NCBI GenBank assembly: GCA_048882325.1
Contig: JBHLRS010000011.1
Location: 38,521-102,520, forward strand
Direction of reading: 5' to 3'
DNA length: 64,000 nt
From: Candidatus Thorarchaeota archaeon
GTDB lineage: Archaea > Asgardarchaeota > Thorarchaeia > Thorarchaeales > Thorarchaeaceae
Below are positions 19,207 to 29,311 of this stretch, piece by piece. A model generated the notes under the pieces. That model was not told where the DNA came from. It saw only the letters and a list, made by a program, of their open reading frames with translations, and did no database searches. The position numbers and the translations under genes were made by a program. Within the stretch, counting starts at the first letter, position 1. Every line of letters starts with the position of its first letter.

Positions 19207-21039
19207 ATGTGCGGTATCACTGGGATAGTAACAGAGGATTGTGACAACATAGGCGAGCTTTTAGTGAGATGTAGTAGCAAGTTGACATATCGGGGTTATG
19301 ATAGTGTTGGTGTGGCTGCAGTTCGCAATGGTGTTGTCGATCTCAGAAAAGAAGTTGGTACAATTGAGGAGGTAAATGAACTTCTTGGACTCTCCAAGAT
19401 GAAGGGTGATCGTGGTATTGCACAGTTAAGATGGGCTACCTATGGTGCTCCTACAAAGGCGAATGCACAACCTCATTTTGGCTGCGAGAAAGTTTTCTAT
19501 GGTGCACACAATGGCAATCTCCACAATTATGTGGAGTACAAGAAAGAGCTAATTGAAGCAGGTCATATTGTAAGGTCAGAGAATGATGGGGAACTCTGTG
19601 TTCATGCTGTGGATAAATATTTCAAAGAAACAGGAGATATGTTTGAGGCAGTGCGTCTTTCTGTCCAAGATCTCAAGGGTGCTTATGCGTATGCCGTAGG
19701 TCGTTCAGATGAACAAGAAATCTATGCTGTAAAGATGGGATCTTCACTGGTCGCAGGTATAGCTGGAGATGCTACTATTGTTTCAAGTGACCTACCTTCA
19801 GTCCTTCCTCTCACAAACAATGTCATTTATCTTGCAGATGGTGAAATGCTAGTCCTAACCCCTGACGATGTTAAGGTTTATCGAATTCGAGATGGAAAGC
19901 AGCTTGAGAGAAACCCTCAGATTTCAAATGTAGATGCACACGCAGCAGAGAAGGGCGGTTATCCTCACTTTATGCTCAAAGAAATCAATGAACAACCGAA
20001 AGTAGCTCTGGATGTCATTGGTCTTCTTGAGGGACATCGTAGTGAAGAGTGGCTGAAACTTGTTGAGAATGCGTCAAAGCATTATCTAGTTGCATGTGGT
20101 TCTTCCTATAACGCCAGCATCGTTGGTACATACTACCTGAATCGACTTGCAGGTATACCGACGATTCATGCAATTGGTGGACAGTTTAAACCCATGTATG
20201 GAAACACGATGGATGAGGATAGCCTCAGCATCCTCGTTTCGCAGAGTGGTGAAACTAAGGACATCCTTAATGTCTTGAATATGATTAAAACGAACAAGTG
20301 TGGCAAAACGCTTGGGATACTCAATGTAATTGGGAGCACTTTGATGTTTGAAGCAGACTCTTACATCCCAATGGCTTGTGGATATGAGGTTTCAGTTCCT
20401 GCAACTAAGACTTACTATTCTCAAACCGTAATTTTCGCGTATTTAGCTGCGAAACTTGGGGAAAGAAATGGGCATATCGATTCTTCGGAAGCAAAATCAT
20501 TCATTAGTCAGCTCCGAAATGATCTGCCTTCCTTAACACAGGCAACAATTGATAGAACTGGTATTCTCGCGAATAGCTTAGCTCGCACAATGATGGATGT
20601 CAAGGATCTCTATTGCCTTGGGTATGGGTTCACAGATGGTGTTGCGAGAGAAGGGGCCCTCAAAATCAAAGAAATCTCGTACCACCATTGTGAAGGTATG
20701 TATTCATCCGAGTTCAAGCACGGTCCGCTAAGCATTGTGACTAAGAACTATCCGGTCATTTTTGTTACAACGACTGAAGACAGCTGGATGGTCATCAATC
20801 ATATTAACGAAGTTAAGGCACGACATGGGAGAACGATTGTGGTTGGAGAGTTCGAAGAGTCACTCATTCCATATGTTGCCAAAAATCACGATTATTTAAT
20901 CGTACCCAAATCCAATGTGCTGATTAATCCCATACTCGACGTCATACCACTTCAGCTGTTGAGCTATTATCTCTCCATTGATCTTGGTATAAATCCTGAT
21001 TTACCTAGGAATCTGTCAAAAACACTCACAGTTGACTAA
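19207..21039 (+). CDS. glmS: Glutamine--fructose-6-phosphate transaminase (isomerizing)
   Basis: MCGI N-terminus, YRGYDS, RWAT, HFMLKEI, SQSGET, EGALKIKEISY, EFKHGP, PRNLSKTLTVD. Confidence 0.96.
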   Translation: MCGITGIVTEDCDNIGELLVRCSSKLTYRGYDSVGVAAVRNGVVDLRKEVGTIEEVNELLGLSKMKGDRGIAQLRWATYGAPTKANAQPHFGCEKVFYGAHNGNLHNYVEYKKELIEAGHIVRSENDGELCVHAVDKYFKETGDMFEAVRLSVQDLKGAYAYAVGRSDEQEIYAVKMGSSLVAGIAGDATIVSSDLPSVLPLTNNVIYLADGEMLVLTPDDVKVYRIRDGKQLERNPQISNVDAHAAEKGGYPHFMLKEINEQPKVALDVIGLLEGHRSEEWLKLVENASKHYLVACGSSYNASIVGTYYLNRLAGIPTIHAIGGQFKPMYGNTMDEDSLSILVSQSGETKDILNVLNMIKTNKCGKTLGILNVIGSTLMFEADSYIPMACGYEVSVPATKTYYSQTVIFAYLAAKLGERNGHIDSSEAKSFISQLRNDLPSLTQATIDRTGILANSLARTMMDVKDLYCLGYGFTDGVAREGALKIKEISYHHCEGMYSSEFKHGPLSIVTKNYPVIFVTTTEDSWMVINHINEVKARHGRTIVVGEFEESLIPYVAKNHDYLIVPKSNVLINPILDVIPLQLLSYYLSIDLGINPDLPRNLSKTLTVD

Positions 21040-21045
21040 ATGAAA

Positions 21046-21435
21046 CTACTCCTTATCTCCACCAGATTCTCCAATTCTGTATGCTCTCATTGCAGAAGAA
21101 GTGACTGTTCCTGCATCGAACCCATCTCGGATGTTTCCGACTTCATCCTCATCGAGTTCCATGACATTGAGGAGTTCCTGTTTCTCATCAAGCGCCCACT
21201 GTCCGAAAACCAACAGTCCATTCTCCGTTTCACACTCCAAGAGCCCAATCCTTCCTGCGCCTGACCACCAACTTAGACATTTTACTTGATGGCCCAACGC
21301 CTCAAGCATCTCTGTCCAGAGCTTCTTGAGCAGAGTAGGTCCATGTCTGTTACGAAAAGCGACAAGGAAATATCCACTCTTTCCCAGAAGTTTGTTATTT
21401 ATGACTTCAAGCTCTTCATCGGAGAATAATTTCAT
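21046..21435 (-). CDS. Hypothetical protein
   Basis: Globular-looking ORF filling the gap between glmS and the ATP-grasp gene; likely start MKLFSDEEL. Confidence 0.55.
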   Translation of the reverse strand: MKLFSDEELEVINNKLLGKSGYFLVAFRNRHGPTLLKKLWTEMLEALGHQVKCLSWWSGAGRIGLLECETENGLLVFGQWALDEKQELLNVMELDEDEVGNIRDGFDAGTVTSSAMRAYRIGESGGDKE

Positions 21436-21515
21436 AGAACTCATCGAAATGGTCGAAATTGAGAGAACATAAAAGCTACTCGTTATGGGTATAGAATAGC
21501 AGGTTTTCAGATGGA

Positions 21516-22424
21516 GTGACCGCATTGAGCCCGAATTATGTATCCAAAGTTGGACTCTTCTCATCAGATCCATGGTCTCGACGCGCGCAGAGTTTAGAAG
21601 AGTCTCTGCTTAAGTTGGGTGTTGATGCTAAGCAGGTCATCCCATGGAAAGTAGCCAGAACTGGATCAACCACCAAGCACGAAATCAGTATGAATGGCGA
21701 AGACCTGTCTGAACTCGAGCTGCTTATTGTACTCGACCTAGGAGCAAATGACATTGGGACATTCTTCAATCGAGTCGGTTTGTTGTCTGCTTTGACAGAG
21801 ATGGGTGTTCGAGTTGTCAATTCTGTTTCGTCCATCCTTCTCATGAGGAACAAAGCCGAAACAATGCGTCGATTGATTTCTGCAGGTCTTCCAGTCCCAA
21901 GGACACTCATCACAGAATCTATTGATGATGCTGCATCATTCGTCAAGGAGCATTTTCCCTGTGTTCTCAAACCCATTACTGGGTTTGGAGGTCTGGGTGT
22001 ACAGCTGATAGAGCGAGAGTTTGACCTAGATAACATATACGACTATCTCAAATTCCACAGTCAGATGTTCGGTAAGGGTGCATACCTACTCCAAGATTAT
22101 GTGGAGAGTCCAGGGTTTGACATTCGAGCACTAGTTCTTGATAATGAGGTCATAGCTACCATGCAACGTGTTGGTGGTGAAGGAATTACGACAAACATTC
22201 ACACAGGTGGTGTCCCACGTGAGAATTCACTAGATGTCACGGACATCGCTCTTAAGGCGGCCAGATCAGTTCGGGGAAGGATTGTTGGAGTAGATATCAT
22301 TCCCGACAGGGAGGGAAATCTCTGGGTTCTTGAGGCCAATGCTACGCCTGGTTGGACAGGTCTCCAACAAGTTACTGATTTTGACATCTCTGAAAGGATT
22401 GCCCACTGTTTGGCCAGAGTTTAA
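21516..22424 (+). CDS. RimK/LysX family ATP-grasp ligase
   Basis: NKAET, GLPVPRT, VLKPITGFGGLGV, QDYV, DIRA, TNIHTGG, GVDI, LEANATPG. Confidence 0.92.
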   Translation: MTALSPNYVSKVGLFSSDPWSRRAQSLEESLLKLGVDAKQVIPWKVARTGSTTKHEISMNGEDLSELELLIVLDLGANDIGTFFNRVGLLSALTEMGVRVVNSVSSILLMRNKAETMRRLISAGLPVPRTLITESIDDAASFVKEHFPCVLKPITGFGGLGVQLIEREFDLDNIYDYLKFHSQMFGKGAYLLQDYVESPGFDIRALVLDNEVIATMQRVGGEGITTNIHTGGVPRENSLDVTDIALKAARSVRGRIVGVDIIPDREGNLWVLEANATPGWTGLQQVTDFDISERIAHCLARV

Positions 22425-22545
22425 TTGTTCCATGCGAAACCTTTTAAGAAGGCTTCGAGCGAAAGACGCCTATCGAAGCACCCAAAGGGTGAACGAAATC
22501 CGTCTTGCTGAAGCAGGACTCGCAAAACGAAATTCTAAGGACAGA

Positions 22546-23670
22546 ATGCCTTTGACTGAAGCTGCAGAAGCCAAACCTGAAGATGTTGAGTTCTTACGAG
22601 CAAAGCTCAGAGAACTCAAAATGCAAGCTCGGGACGAACTTGAGGTTCTCAGACGTGACCGAGATCAAATGAGGGAATACAAGAATATTCGCGATGAACA
22701 CAACAAGGAAGTTCGTGGTCTTATCGAATCCGTTAAAGCTGAACGTGAAGAACGTGATAGGATTAACAAGGAAATCTCAGAGGCCAAAGATCGGAGGACT
22801 GCAATCCATGCTCAATTGAAGAGTGTGTATGATGAAATCCGAGAGCTACGTAGCAACCTTGTAGGAAGTCCTTCAACAGACCAACGTAGAATGATGCGTC
22901 GTGTTGAAGAGCTTGAGTGGCGGCAACAGACAGACCAGCTAACGAGAGACGAGGAGATGTCTATTGTCGAAGAAATCGCAAAGATTGAAGCCAAGCTCGT
23001 TAAGATAGGTCAGGAGAAAGAGAAGCAGGATCGTATCAGTGAGCTTCGAAGATTGGCACGAAAACTGAAGGAAGAGGCATCAGAGGCGCATGAGAAAGTG
23101 ATTGAGCTCTCCGAGCAGTCCCAGATACACCACCAAGAAGTCGTTCGCATTCGCCCTCAACTTGAGGAATACAAAAAGTCCGCAGACACAGCACACAAAA
23201 ATTTCGTTGAATGGTTGAAGAAAGTCAAGGACGGGGAAGCTAAGCTCAAAGAATTCCGTATGCAGATTGAAGAGATACAAGGTAAGCTCAGGAAGTTCAC
23301 TGTAGAGAAAAGAGATGTTGAACGTCAAGAGATGCGCGACCAACAGAGAGCCCAGGAACGAGAGAGGACTGATGCTGCAGTTGAGAAACTCCAATCAGGT
23401 AAACGACTCACTTTTGACGAGTTCATCCTTGCCCAGCGTCAAGTGACTGATGACAAAAAGAAGTCACAGAAGTCCAGGAAGAGGTCAAAGAAGACTGATG
23501 AAGATGAGTCTCATGTGGTTCCTGAGGTTGATGAAGAACCAGAGGTCAAAGTTGAACAAGAGCCAGAACCTGAGCCTGATGCTGTTGAAGAAGTAGAACA
23601 ATCTACGACTGAGATTGAAGAACGAGATGTGGGCTCAGAAGAACCCGTGGAAGATGTTACCGAGGAGTAG
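22546..23670 (+). CDS. Archaeal coiled-coil protein (COG1340-like) with acidic tail
   Basis: Heptad-rich; RDEHN, ELEWRQQT, EEMSIVEEI, AHKNFVE, EKLQSGKRLTFDE; likely start MPLTE at 22546. Confidence 0.8.
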   Translation: MPLTEAAEAKPEDVEFLRAKLRELKMQARDELEVLRRDRDQMREYKNIRDEHNKEVRGLIESVKAEREERDRINKEISEAKDRRTAIHAQLKSVYDEIRELRSNLVGSPSTDQRRMMRRVEELEWRQQTDQLTRDEEMSIVEEIAKIEAKLVKIGQEKEKQDRISELRRLARKLKEEASEAHEKVIELSEQSQIHHQEVVRIRPQLEEYKKSADTAHKNFVEWLKKVKDGEAKLKEFRMQIEEIQGKLRKFTVEKRDVERQEMRDQQRAQERERTDAAVEKLQSGKRLTFDEFILAQRQVTDDKKKSQKSRKRSKKTDEDESHVVPEVDEEPEVKVEQEPEPEPDAVEEVEQSTTEIEERDVGSEEPVEDVTEE

Positions 23671-23727
23671 GACTCCAGATAGCATAGACCATCGCAGAGT
23701 AAAGGATAGCATAAGGGGAGAGTATGA

Positions 23728-24987
23728 TTGAGCAGTCGAAGCCAGAGACCTGTAAGTCATCGGTCTGCAAATACTGTCTTCTATTCCTTGGCATTAGGCT
23801 CAGGTGTTATGCGTACTCTTTCTGTTGTTTTTGATGTAGTAGCACTCAATACCGTGAGCATTGTACCACTTGCCTATGGATTCCTTGCGCAGTGGACGAG
23901 TTTTGTCGTCACCTTCCTTGTGGTTATGATACTAAGCTTAAGGCGAACGAGGAATGGAACAAGACGCTCTTTGGGATACAGTCTTGATCCTGATTTTGAC
24001 AGACTTCGGATACTGCCCAAGACTCCAATGATCTATCTCACGCTAGCTGGAGTGTTTGCAGGTATTTCTACACTGTTCTATTACATCTTGGCTGGTTCGA
24101 CGGATGTCACGACCGTCTTGCCTTATGGTCAACTTGTGATTATCTATCTCCTGATAGGTGATCTCTTAGCTGAGAAAGACACACCCACAATAATTGAGGT
24201 GCAGTGCATCATCTCTATCCTCTTTGGTGTGCTCCTGGTTGGGGCGACTCCTGGCGGATTTGATGTATTAACACTTCTAGTTGTCTTAGGGCCACTGAAT
24301 GTCTCATCAGCACTCGTTACATACTACCAGCGAAAGACAAAGCGATATGAGCTAAGACCTGGACTCCGAGTGGATTCCCTGAACATGAGACTATGGAGTT
24401 TGCTTGTTCTGAATCTTGTCATGAGTGTCATGGCACTACCATTCCTTGGTCCAAGTGATTGGCAATCATTAGTTGTCAGTTTTGCGCCGATACTTGGGCT
24501 AATGATTGGAACATCACTTGCCACATTCCTGGCCATCGTGATGTACATTCGAGCACTTGGTCGGGGATCTATGGCTGTAGTGAACTCATTATCCTCAATC
24601 TCAGTTGTTCTAGGCATCCCTGTGACATTAATTGGAAACATCCTGATTCCAGGCGCTTTTGGTACGCTTGATGCTAACTCGTTCATGTGGTCTCTGAAGT
24701 TCTTTGGAGTCATTCTAGTAATGATTGGTGTCATTGCACTACAAGCGTCGGATGTTCGTTCCATTGTGATGATTAAGGTGAAACCCATGACTGGGGATCT
24801 ATTGCCCCAGCTCTTCAACATTAAGGGTGTCGAGAAAGCCGCAGCCATTGCAGGGTTTCACGACTACATTCTCAGTATTAAGAGCAGAAATCTAGCAAAG
24901 ACGCGCTCCCTAATCCTGAAACAGATTCAGAAGATAGAGGGTATTGATGATGTGGAAACCCTCGTGGTTATCAAAGATTACAGATAA
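23728..24987 (+). CDS. DMT/EamA-like transporter fused to C-terminal Lrp/AsnC (RAM) domain
   Basis: About 10 TM with EamA-like repeats; C-terminus IVMIKVKP...IKGVEKAAAIAGFHDYILSI...IQKIEGIDDVETLVV. Confidence 0.78.
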   Translation: MSSRSQRPVSHRSANTVFYSLALGSGVMRTLSVVFDVVALNTVSIVPLAYGFLAQWTSFVVTFLVVMILSLRRTRNGTRRSLGYSLDPDFDRLRILPKTPMIYLTLAGVFAGISTLFYYILAGSTDVTTVLPYGQLVIIYLLIGDLLAEKDTPTIIEVQCIISILFGVLLVGATPGGFDVLTLLVVLGPLNVSSALVTYYQRKTKRYELRPGLRVDSLNMRLWSLLVLNLVMSVMALPFLGPSDWQSLVVSFAPILGLMIGTSLATFLAIVMYIRALGRGSMAVVNSLSSISVVLGIPVTLIGNILIPGAFGTLDANSFMWSLKFFGVILVMIGVIALQASDVRSIVMIKVKPMTGDLLPQLFNIKGVEKAAAIAGFHDYILSIKSRNLAKTRSLILKQIQKIEGIDDVETLVVIKDYR

Positions 24988-25006
24988 TGAAAAGGAGTTG
25001 AAAGAC

Positions 25007-25258
25007 ATGACTGACAAAGTGCTAGCATATATCCTAATGGAAGTGGAGATTGGGAAGACAGACGATGTTGTTACTGAGCTTCGTAAGATTGTTGAAGCCA
25101 CAGCTATTGCAGTTACCACTGGCAGCTACGACATTGTTGTTCTCCTTGAAGCCAAGAACCTAGAGGATCTCTATGAGATCACAGTTCGAGGTATTCACAA
25201 AATACCAGGCATCAAAGAAACTCAAACCGCTGTTGTCGAGAAGATGATGACAGTCTAA
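25007..25258 (+). CDS. Stand-alone Lrp/AsnC ligand-binding domain protein
   Basis: AYILMEVEIG...VTTGSYDIVV...IHKIPGIKETQT; no HTH; SD AGGAG. Confidence 0.9.
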   Translation: MTDKVLAYILMEVEIGKTDDVVTELRKIVEATAIAVTTGSYDIVVLLEAKNLEDLYEITVRGIHKIPGIKETQTAVVEKMMTV

Positions 25259-25325
25259 CCTCTTAGAATCCTCTATTTAGGTAATCACGTTTTTATCCCG
25301 GGATGACATAGAACACTTTGGGAAA

Positions 25326-26279
25326 GTGGTTCAATTGGATGAAGTAAAAATCACTGGACTTACGAAGAACTTTGGAGACTTGGTCGCTGTTGATCATATG
25401 GAACTAAACATCCCTGCTGGTACCATCTTTGGACTATTGGGGCCAAACGGCGCTGGAAAGTCAACGACAACCAGACTGCTGAGTACATTATTACGTCCAA
25501 CTGATGGTACTGCAGAGGTGGGTGGTTTCGACATAATTGGGGATCCAGTTCGTGTTCGCGAAATTACTGGGGTTCTCCCTGAGGAAGGTAATCATACACT
25601 CTATCCTGCTCTCTCAGCCTATCAGAATCTTGAGTATTTCGCTAGACTCTATGATGTACCTGAGGATGAGATATCAGAACGAATAGAAGAATTACTTACT
25701 TTCATGGATTTATGGGATCGACGAGATGACAAGGCAGGGGAATTGTCGACTGGCAATCGCCAGCGAGTAGCCCTGTGTAGGGCACTACTTCATAGACCTA
25801 AGGTCTTGCTTCTGGACGAACCAACGTCTGCATTAGATCCTATCGCAGCGAAACGTGTACGAGAGCTCATTTTGGGTCTTGCAGAGCGATACAATCAGAC
25901 ATTTTTCCTGAACAGCCATAACTTGCCTGAAGTACAGCGAGTGTGCGATCGGATTGCCATAATTGATGAGGGTGAGATTCTACTTTACGGAAAGACTCAG
26001 GAGCTTCGCTCTAAACTTCTAGCAAAACAAGAGTTCAGAGTTCGTCTTGTTGGAGATGTCATAAAAGCAGAATCCATAGCTAAATCTATGAACTTCGTAG
26101 AAAATGTTAGACATGAGGTGGACTCGATTATTATGACAATTGAAGATCCTACTGAGAACAACTCTAAACTTATGCAAGCGCTTCTGTCAGATGGCATTAA
26201 GATTGTTGAGTTCTCAGAGGACGAAGCCTCACTAGAAGACCTGTATCTAGAGGTTGTGAAAGGAGGTGCCAAGGAATGA
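25326..26279 (+). CDS. ABC transporter ATP-binding protein
   Basis: GPNGAGKST, LSTGNRQR, LLLDEPT, SHN, SLEDLYL. Confidence 0.95.
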   Translation: MVQLDEVKITGLTKNFGDLVAVDHMELNIPAGTIFGLLGPNGAGKSTTTRLLSTLLRPTDGTAEVGGFDIIGDPVRVREITGVLPEEGNHTLYPALSAYQNLEYFARLYDVPEDEISERIEELLTFMDLWDRRDDKAGELSTGNRQRVALCRALLHRPKVLLLDEPTSALDPIAAKRVRELILGLAERYNQTFFLNSHNLPEVQRVCDRIAIIDEGEILLYGKTQELRSKLLAKQEFRVRLVGDVIKAESIAKSMNFVENVRHEVDSIIMTIEDPTENNSKLMQALLSDGIKIVEFSEDEASLEDLYLEVVKGGAKE

Positions 26280-27025
26280 GCAGATGGATGGTTGTCGCAA
26301 AGACTGACTTCAAGAATGCCATGGATCTGAAGTTTGTGAAATACGGGCTGATTCTATCCGCCGCATTTGCACCAATCCTCATCATCCTACTGGTTGGAGG
26401 CCTACTTGTGACAGTTCCTGCTGCTGAGTTGTCCATAGTCATACTACTCTTTACACCAATGGTGCCTGCCTTCCTTGGTATTTTCTCCATCATTCCGACC
26501 ACAATGATCTCAGCCAATGCACTAGTCGGGGAGAGAGAAATGAACACCCTTGAGCCGCTCCTGTGCACACCTCTCACTGATAGAGAGTTGCTGTGGGGGA
26601 AGACAATGGCTGGTGCAATACCTAGTCTGATAATTCTAGTAAGTAGTACAGTCGCTTCTGTAACAGGAATTGCATTATTATCTATAGCCGTAGGCATGCC
26701 AGTTGTCATTATTTTGGACCTTCCAGGACTCTTCCTTCTGGTAACTGCAGTTCCATTAATGATCTTCGCAGTTGTTGCTGTGATGATTATCATAAGTGGC
26801 CGTGTCACAAGAGTGTACGAAGCTTACCAAGTTACAACTGGGGTCATAATGGTATTCATTATACCGATGCTTCTACCGATGTTCGGGCTAGAATCAGGAG
26901 GTGTAAGTGATCTAGTGTGGTTCTCTAACATCCTCACACTGATACTTGCAACGTTCTTATTTGTAGTTGGGTGGGCGATTGCTCTACGACTGTTCAATAG
27001 AGATAGGTTAGTATCGATGGTCTAG
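26276..27025 (+). CDS. ABC-2 type permease
   Basis: VGEREMNTLEPLLCTPLTDRELLWGK; 6 TM; overlaps the ATPase stop. Confidence 0.92.
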   Translation: MSRWMVVAKTDFKNAMDLKFVKYGLILSAAFAPILIILLVGGLLVTVPAAELSIVILLFTPMVPAFLGIFSIIPTTMISANALVGEREMNTLEPLLCTPLTDRELLWGKTMAGAIPSLIILVSSTVASVTGIALLSIAVGMPVVIILDLPGLFLLVTAVPLMIFAVVAVMIIISGRVTRVYEAYQVTTGVIMVFIIPMLLPMFGLESGGVSDLVWFSNILTLILATFLFVVGWAIALRLFNRDRLVSMV

Positions 27026-27053
27026 TTTTGAGAGGGGCACACAACCCTTCTCT

Positions 27054-27578
27054 TTACTCTATTTTCTTCAGGCCCTTTGGATAACGACCAGCGAGGTCTT
27101 TGTAAATCCCTTTGAACCGGATCAGCTCTTCCTTGTGATGGTCTTGGACATCTCCGATCACTTTAGCTGGTACACCAACTACTATTTTTCCATCTGGCAC
27201 CTCGAATCTTGCCCTTACCACGGCTCCTTCTCCAACTATGACCCACTCTCCAACAGTGGCATAGTCTGATACAATCGCACCCATCCCGATCACTGCTTCA
27301 TCTTTCACTGTGGCATTATGAATGATGCAACCATGACCTAGTGTGACATTGCTTCCAATCACTGTCAACTCTCCAGGTCTGGCATGAACAATCACGTTGT
27401 CTTGTATGCTCGTGCCACTCCCCACACGGATTTCGCCATAGTCTCCTTTCACCACCGCTCCCGGAGCTATGTAGCACTCTTCTCCAATCGTCACTTTTCC
27501 AATCACGGAAGCTGAGTGACTCACGTATGATGTAGCACCAATAACTGGAACTCTTCCTTCGAACTCATAAACTGCCAT
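27054..27578 (-). CDS. Gamma carbonic anhydrase family protein
   Basis: Hexapeptide repeats; IQDNVIVH, GHGCIIH, IGMGAIV, GVPAK; likely start MAVYEF. Confidence 0.92.
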   Translation of the reverse strand: MAVYEFEGRVPVIGATSYVSHSASVIGKVTIGEECYIAPGAVVKGDYGEIRVGSGTSIQDNVIVHARPGELTVIGSNVTLGHGCIIHNATVKDEAVIGMGAIVSDYATVGEWVIVGEGAVVRARFEVPDGKIVVGVPAKVIGDVQDHHKEELIRFKGIYKDLAGRYPKGLKKIE

Positions 27579-27720
27579 AGAAGCACCAATGCAACCAAGA
27601 TGGGCATCTGTTATTAGGATGAAGGTAGGTGAAATCTTAACCAACCACTGTCCGAAACGTTAAAGTTTCAGCTTTTCAACAATTTCTTGGTAGTCCTAGT
27701 TTGAATGAGTGTGTTGAACA

Positions 27721-28107
27721 GTGAACAAAGACAAAGATACACCAGTCTTTCCTATTCTGCGTGGTGAATCTGTCAGTGAGGCAGGTGAATTTTCTGGAAA
27801 GGTCGCTATTATTTGTGAACCTAAAGATCTTGAAAGAGACTGGGCAAGTGACACCATCCCTGTTCTGCACAGAGACTTGGAGGATTTCTTGGCTGAAAAT
27901 ACAGCTGCAATGGACCGCTTGTTTACAGGAGTATCAGCTATCATAGCAGAATTTGGGGAGTCGATCAGTCAGTTTGCAGCGCATGCCACACAACATGGTA
28001 TCATTGCGGTTGTCAAAGTGGCTGACGCGACATACGTACTTGAAGATAACATGCACATCCGTATCAAGGCTGTTGAGAACCAAGGAGATGTGTTCTTCAT
28101 CGACTAG
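27721..28107 (+). CDS. Stand-alone PEP-utilising mobile (swivelling) domain protein lacking the phospho-His
   Basis: LRGESVS..GKVAII...AIIAEFGESISQFAA..HGIIAVV..AT.VL follows the PEP-utiliser mobile domain pattern. Confidence 0.65.
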   Translation: MNKDKDTPVFPILRGESVSEAGEFSGKVAIICEPKDLERDWASDTIPVLHRDLEDFLAENTAAMDRLFTGVSAIIAEFGESISQFAAHATQHGIIAVVKVADATYVLEDNMHIRIKAVENQGDVFFID

Positions 28108-28193
28108 ATTTGATCTTAGCCATCCAAAAACCGCTTTAAACATCAAGGCTTTAAACCAGCTCTGCATGAGGAGGATTCGGAGCAGGAGAGAAG

Positions 28194-29213
28194 ATGAGTA
28201 AACTGGAGGAGGTTTCCTCAAAGCGTCTAATACTAGTTGACAGCTTCGATGCTCAGAAGAACCATCTCATTATGCTTGCTTTTAGTCTCCTGATTGGTGT
28301 TGTCTATAGTTTCTTTCTATGGTTTGTATGCTCAACAATACCTGGAGTAATGTCTGGACTTCTGCTGTTTGGCTCTCAGATTGCTATGGGATTTCCCGCC
28401 ACAAGAGCGTACTATGATCTTGGTAAGTCTAACCGAGAGAATCTCCATTTCATTGATTCTGCGAAATTCAACAACGGGATTGGTGCACACCATAAGGTGG
28501 ATATCAACCTTGGTGAAATTCCTCATATCTTCGAAAAAATGGACCTCCAAATTCAGAAATTTGACAAAGGTAGTCTAGATGACTTGAGTGACCTCGCTTG
28601 GTTTGGAATCTTTGTATGGGCCGCCTACTCCTCAACATCGTTCTTCCTAGGACTAGCAGGATACCCTCTATGCCTTTTTGGAACTGTAGTTTTTCTTCTA
28701 GCATCCTTCATGAGCTATGTCAGTGGTTACAGAACAAGACGTGACGTTGGTTTTGGGGAAGATCTCAGCCATCTCCAGTACTTTGTAGAAAAAAGATTGA
28801 AGGATATCGACTCTAGTATCAAAGTTAACGGGACAACTTTCTATGTTCATGTATTAGAGTGGTTTCGCTCGATTGTACTGGTGGATTTCAGCGCCGAGGT
28901 TAAGATTAGGAACGATACAATCATGCAATACCACATGGGACTCCCATCCGATAAGAGAGAACGAATCGTGCTGCTATCGGACTCTGAAACAATCCCACGC
29001 ATTTCTTCTAGTTTAGCAGATTCTCCCAACCAAACAACTTGGCATATAACGAGTGTCGATTCTCCAAAAGGTCTCACTCTAGAAATTCAAAATGAATCAT
29101 CAGACTTTTCAGTTGACCAGCGAGCATCTTTTGTAAAAAGTCCGTCACATATCGATAAAGCCTCAAAGGAAACTGCTGATATAATCATTAAGGTACTGTC
29201 TCTGATTTCGTAG
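28194..29213 (+). CDS. Hypothetical membrane protein (2+2 TM)
   Basis: Two hydrophobic hairpins and a soluble C-terminus; AGGAG SD. Confidence 0.7.
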   Translation: MSKLEEVSSKRLILVDSFDAQKNHLIMLAFSLLIGVVYSFFLWFVCSTIPGVMSGLLLFGSQIAMGFPATRAYYDLGKSNRENLHFIDSAKFNNGIGAHHKVDINLGEIPHIFEKMDLQIQKFDKGSLDDLSDLAWFGIFVWAAYSSTSFFLGLAGYPLCLFGTVVFLLASFMSYVSGYRTRRDVGFGEDLSHLQYFVEKRLKDIDSSIKVNGTTFYVHVLEWFRSIVLVDFSAEVKIRNDTIMQYHMGLPSDKRERIVLLSDSETIPRISSSLADSPNQTTWHITSVDSPKGLTLEIQNESSDFSVDQRASFVKSPSHIDKASKETADIIIKVLSLIS

Positions 29214-29311
29214 GGTTACTTATCTTGGAATGATGCGATATCCATAAGTGGCCCCACAACACATCGATTCTTGAACAGTGTTAAGCAAAGAATGCAGAGA
29301 GGACTTCTTAG

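Noticed and set aside
23500-23670. GAACCAGAG/EPEPEP repeat-like sequence
   Set aside because: Low-complexity acidic protein tail, not a DNA repeat element.
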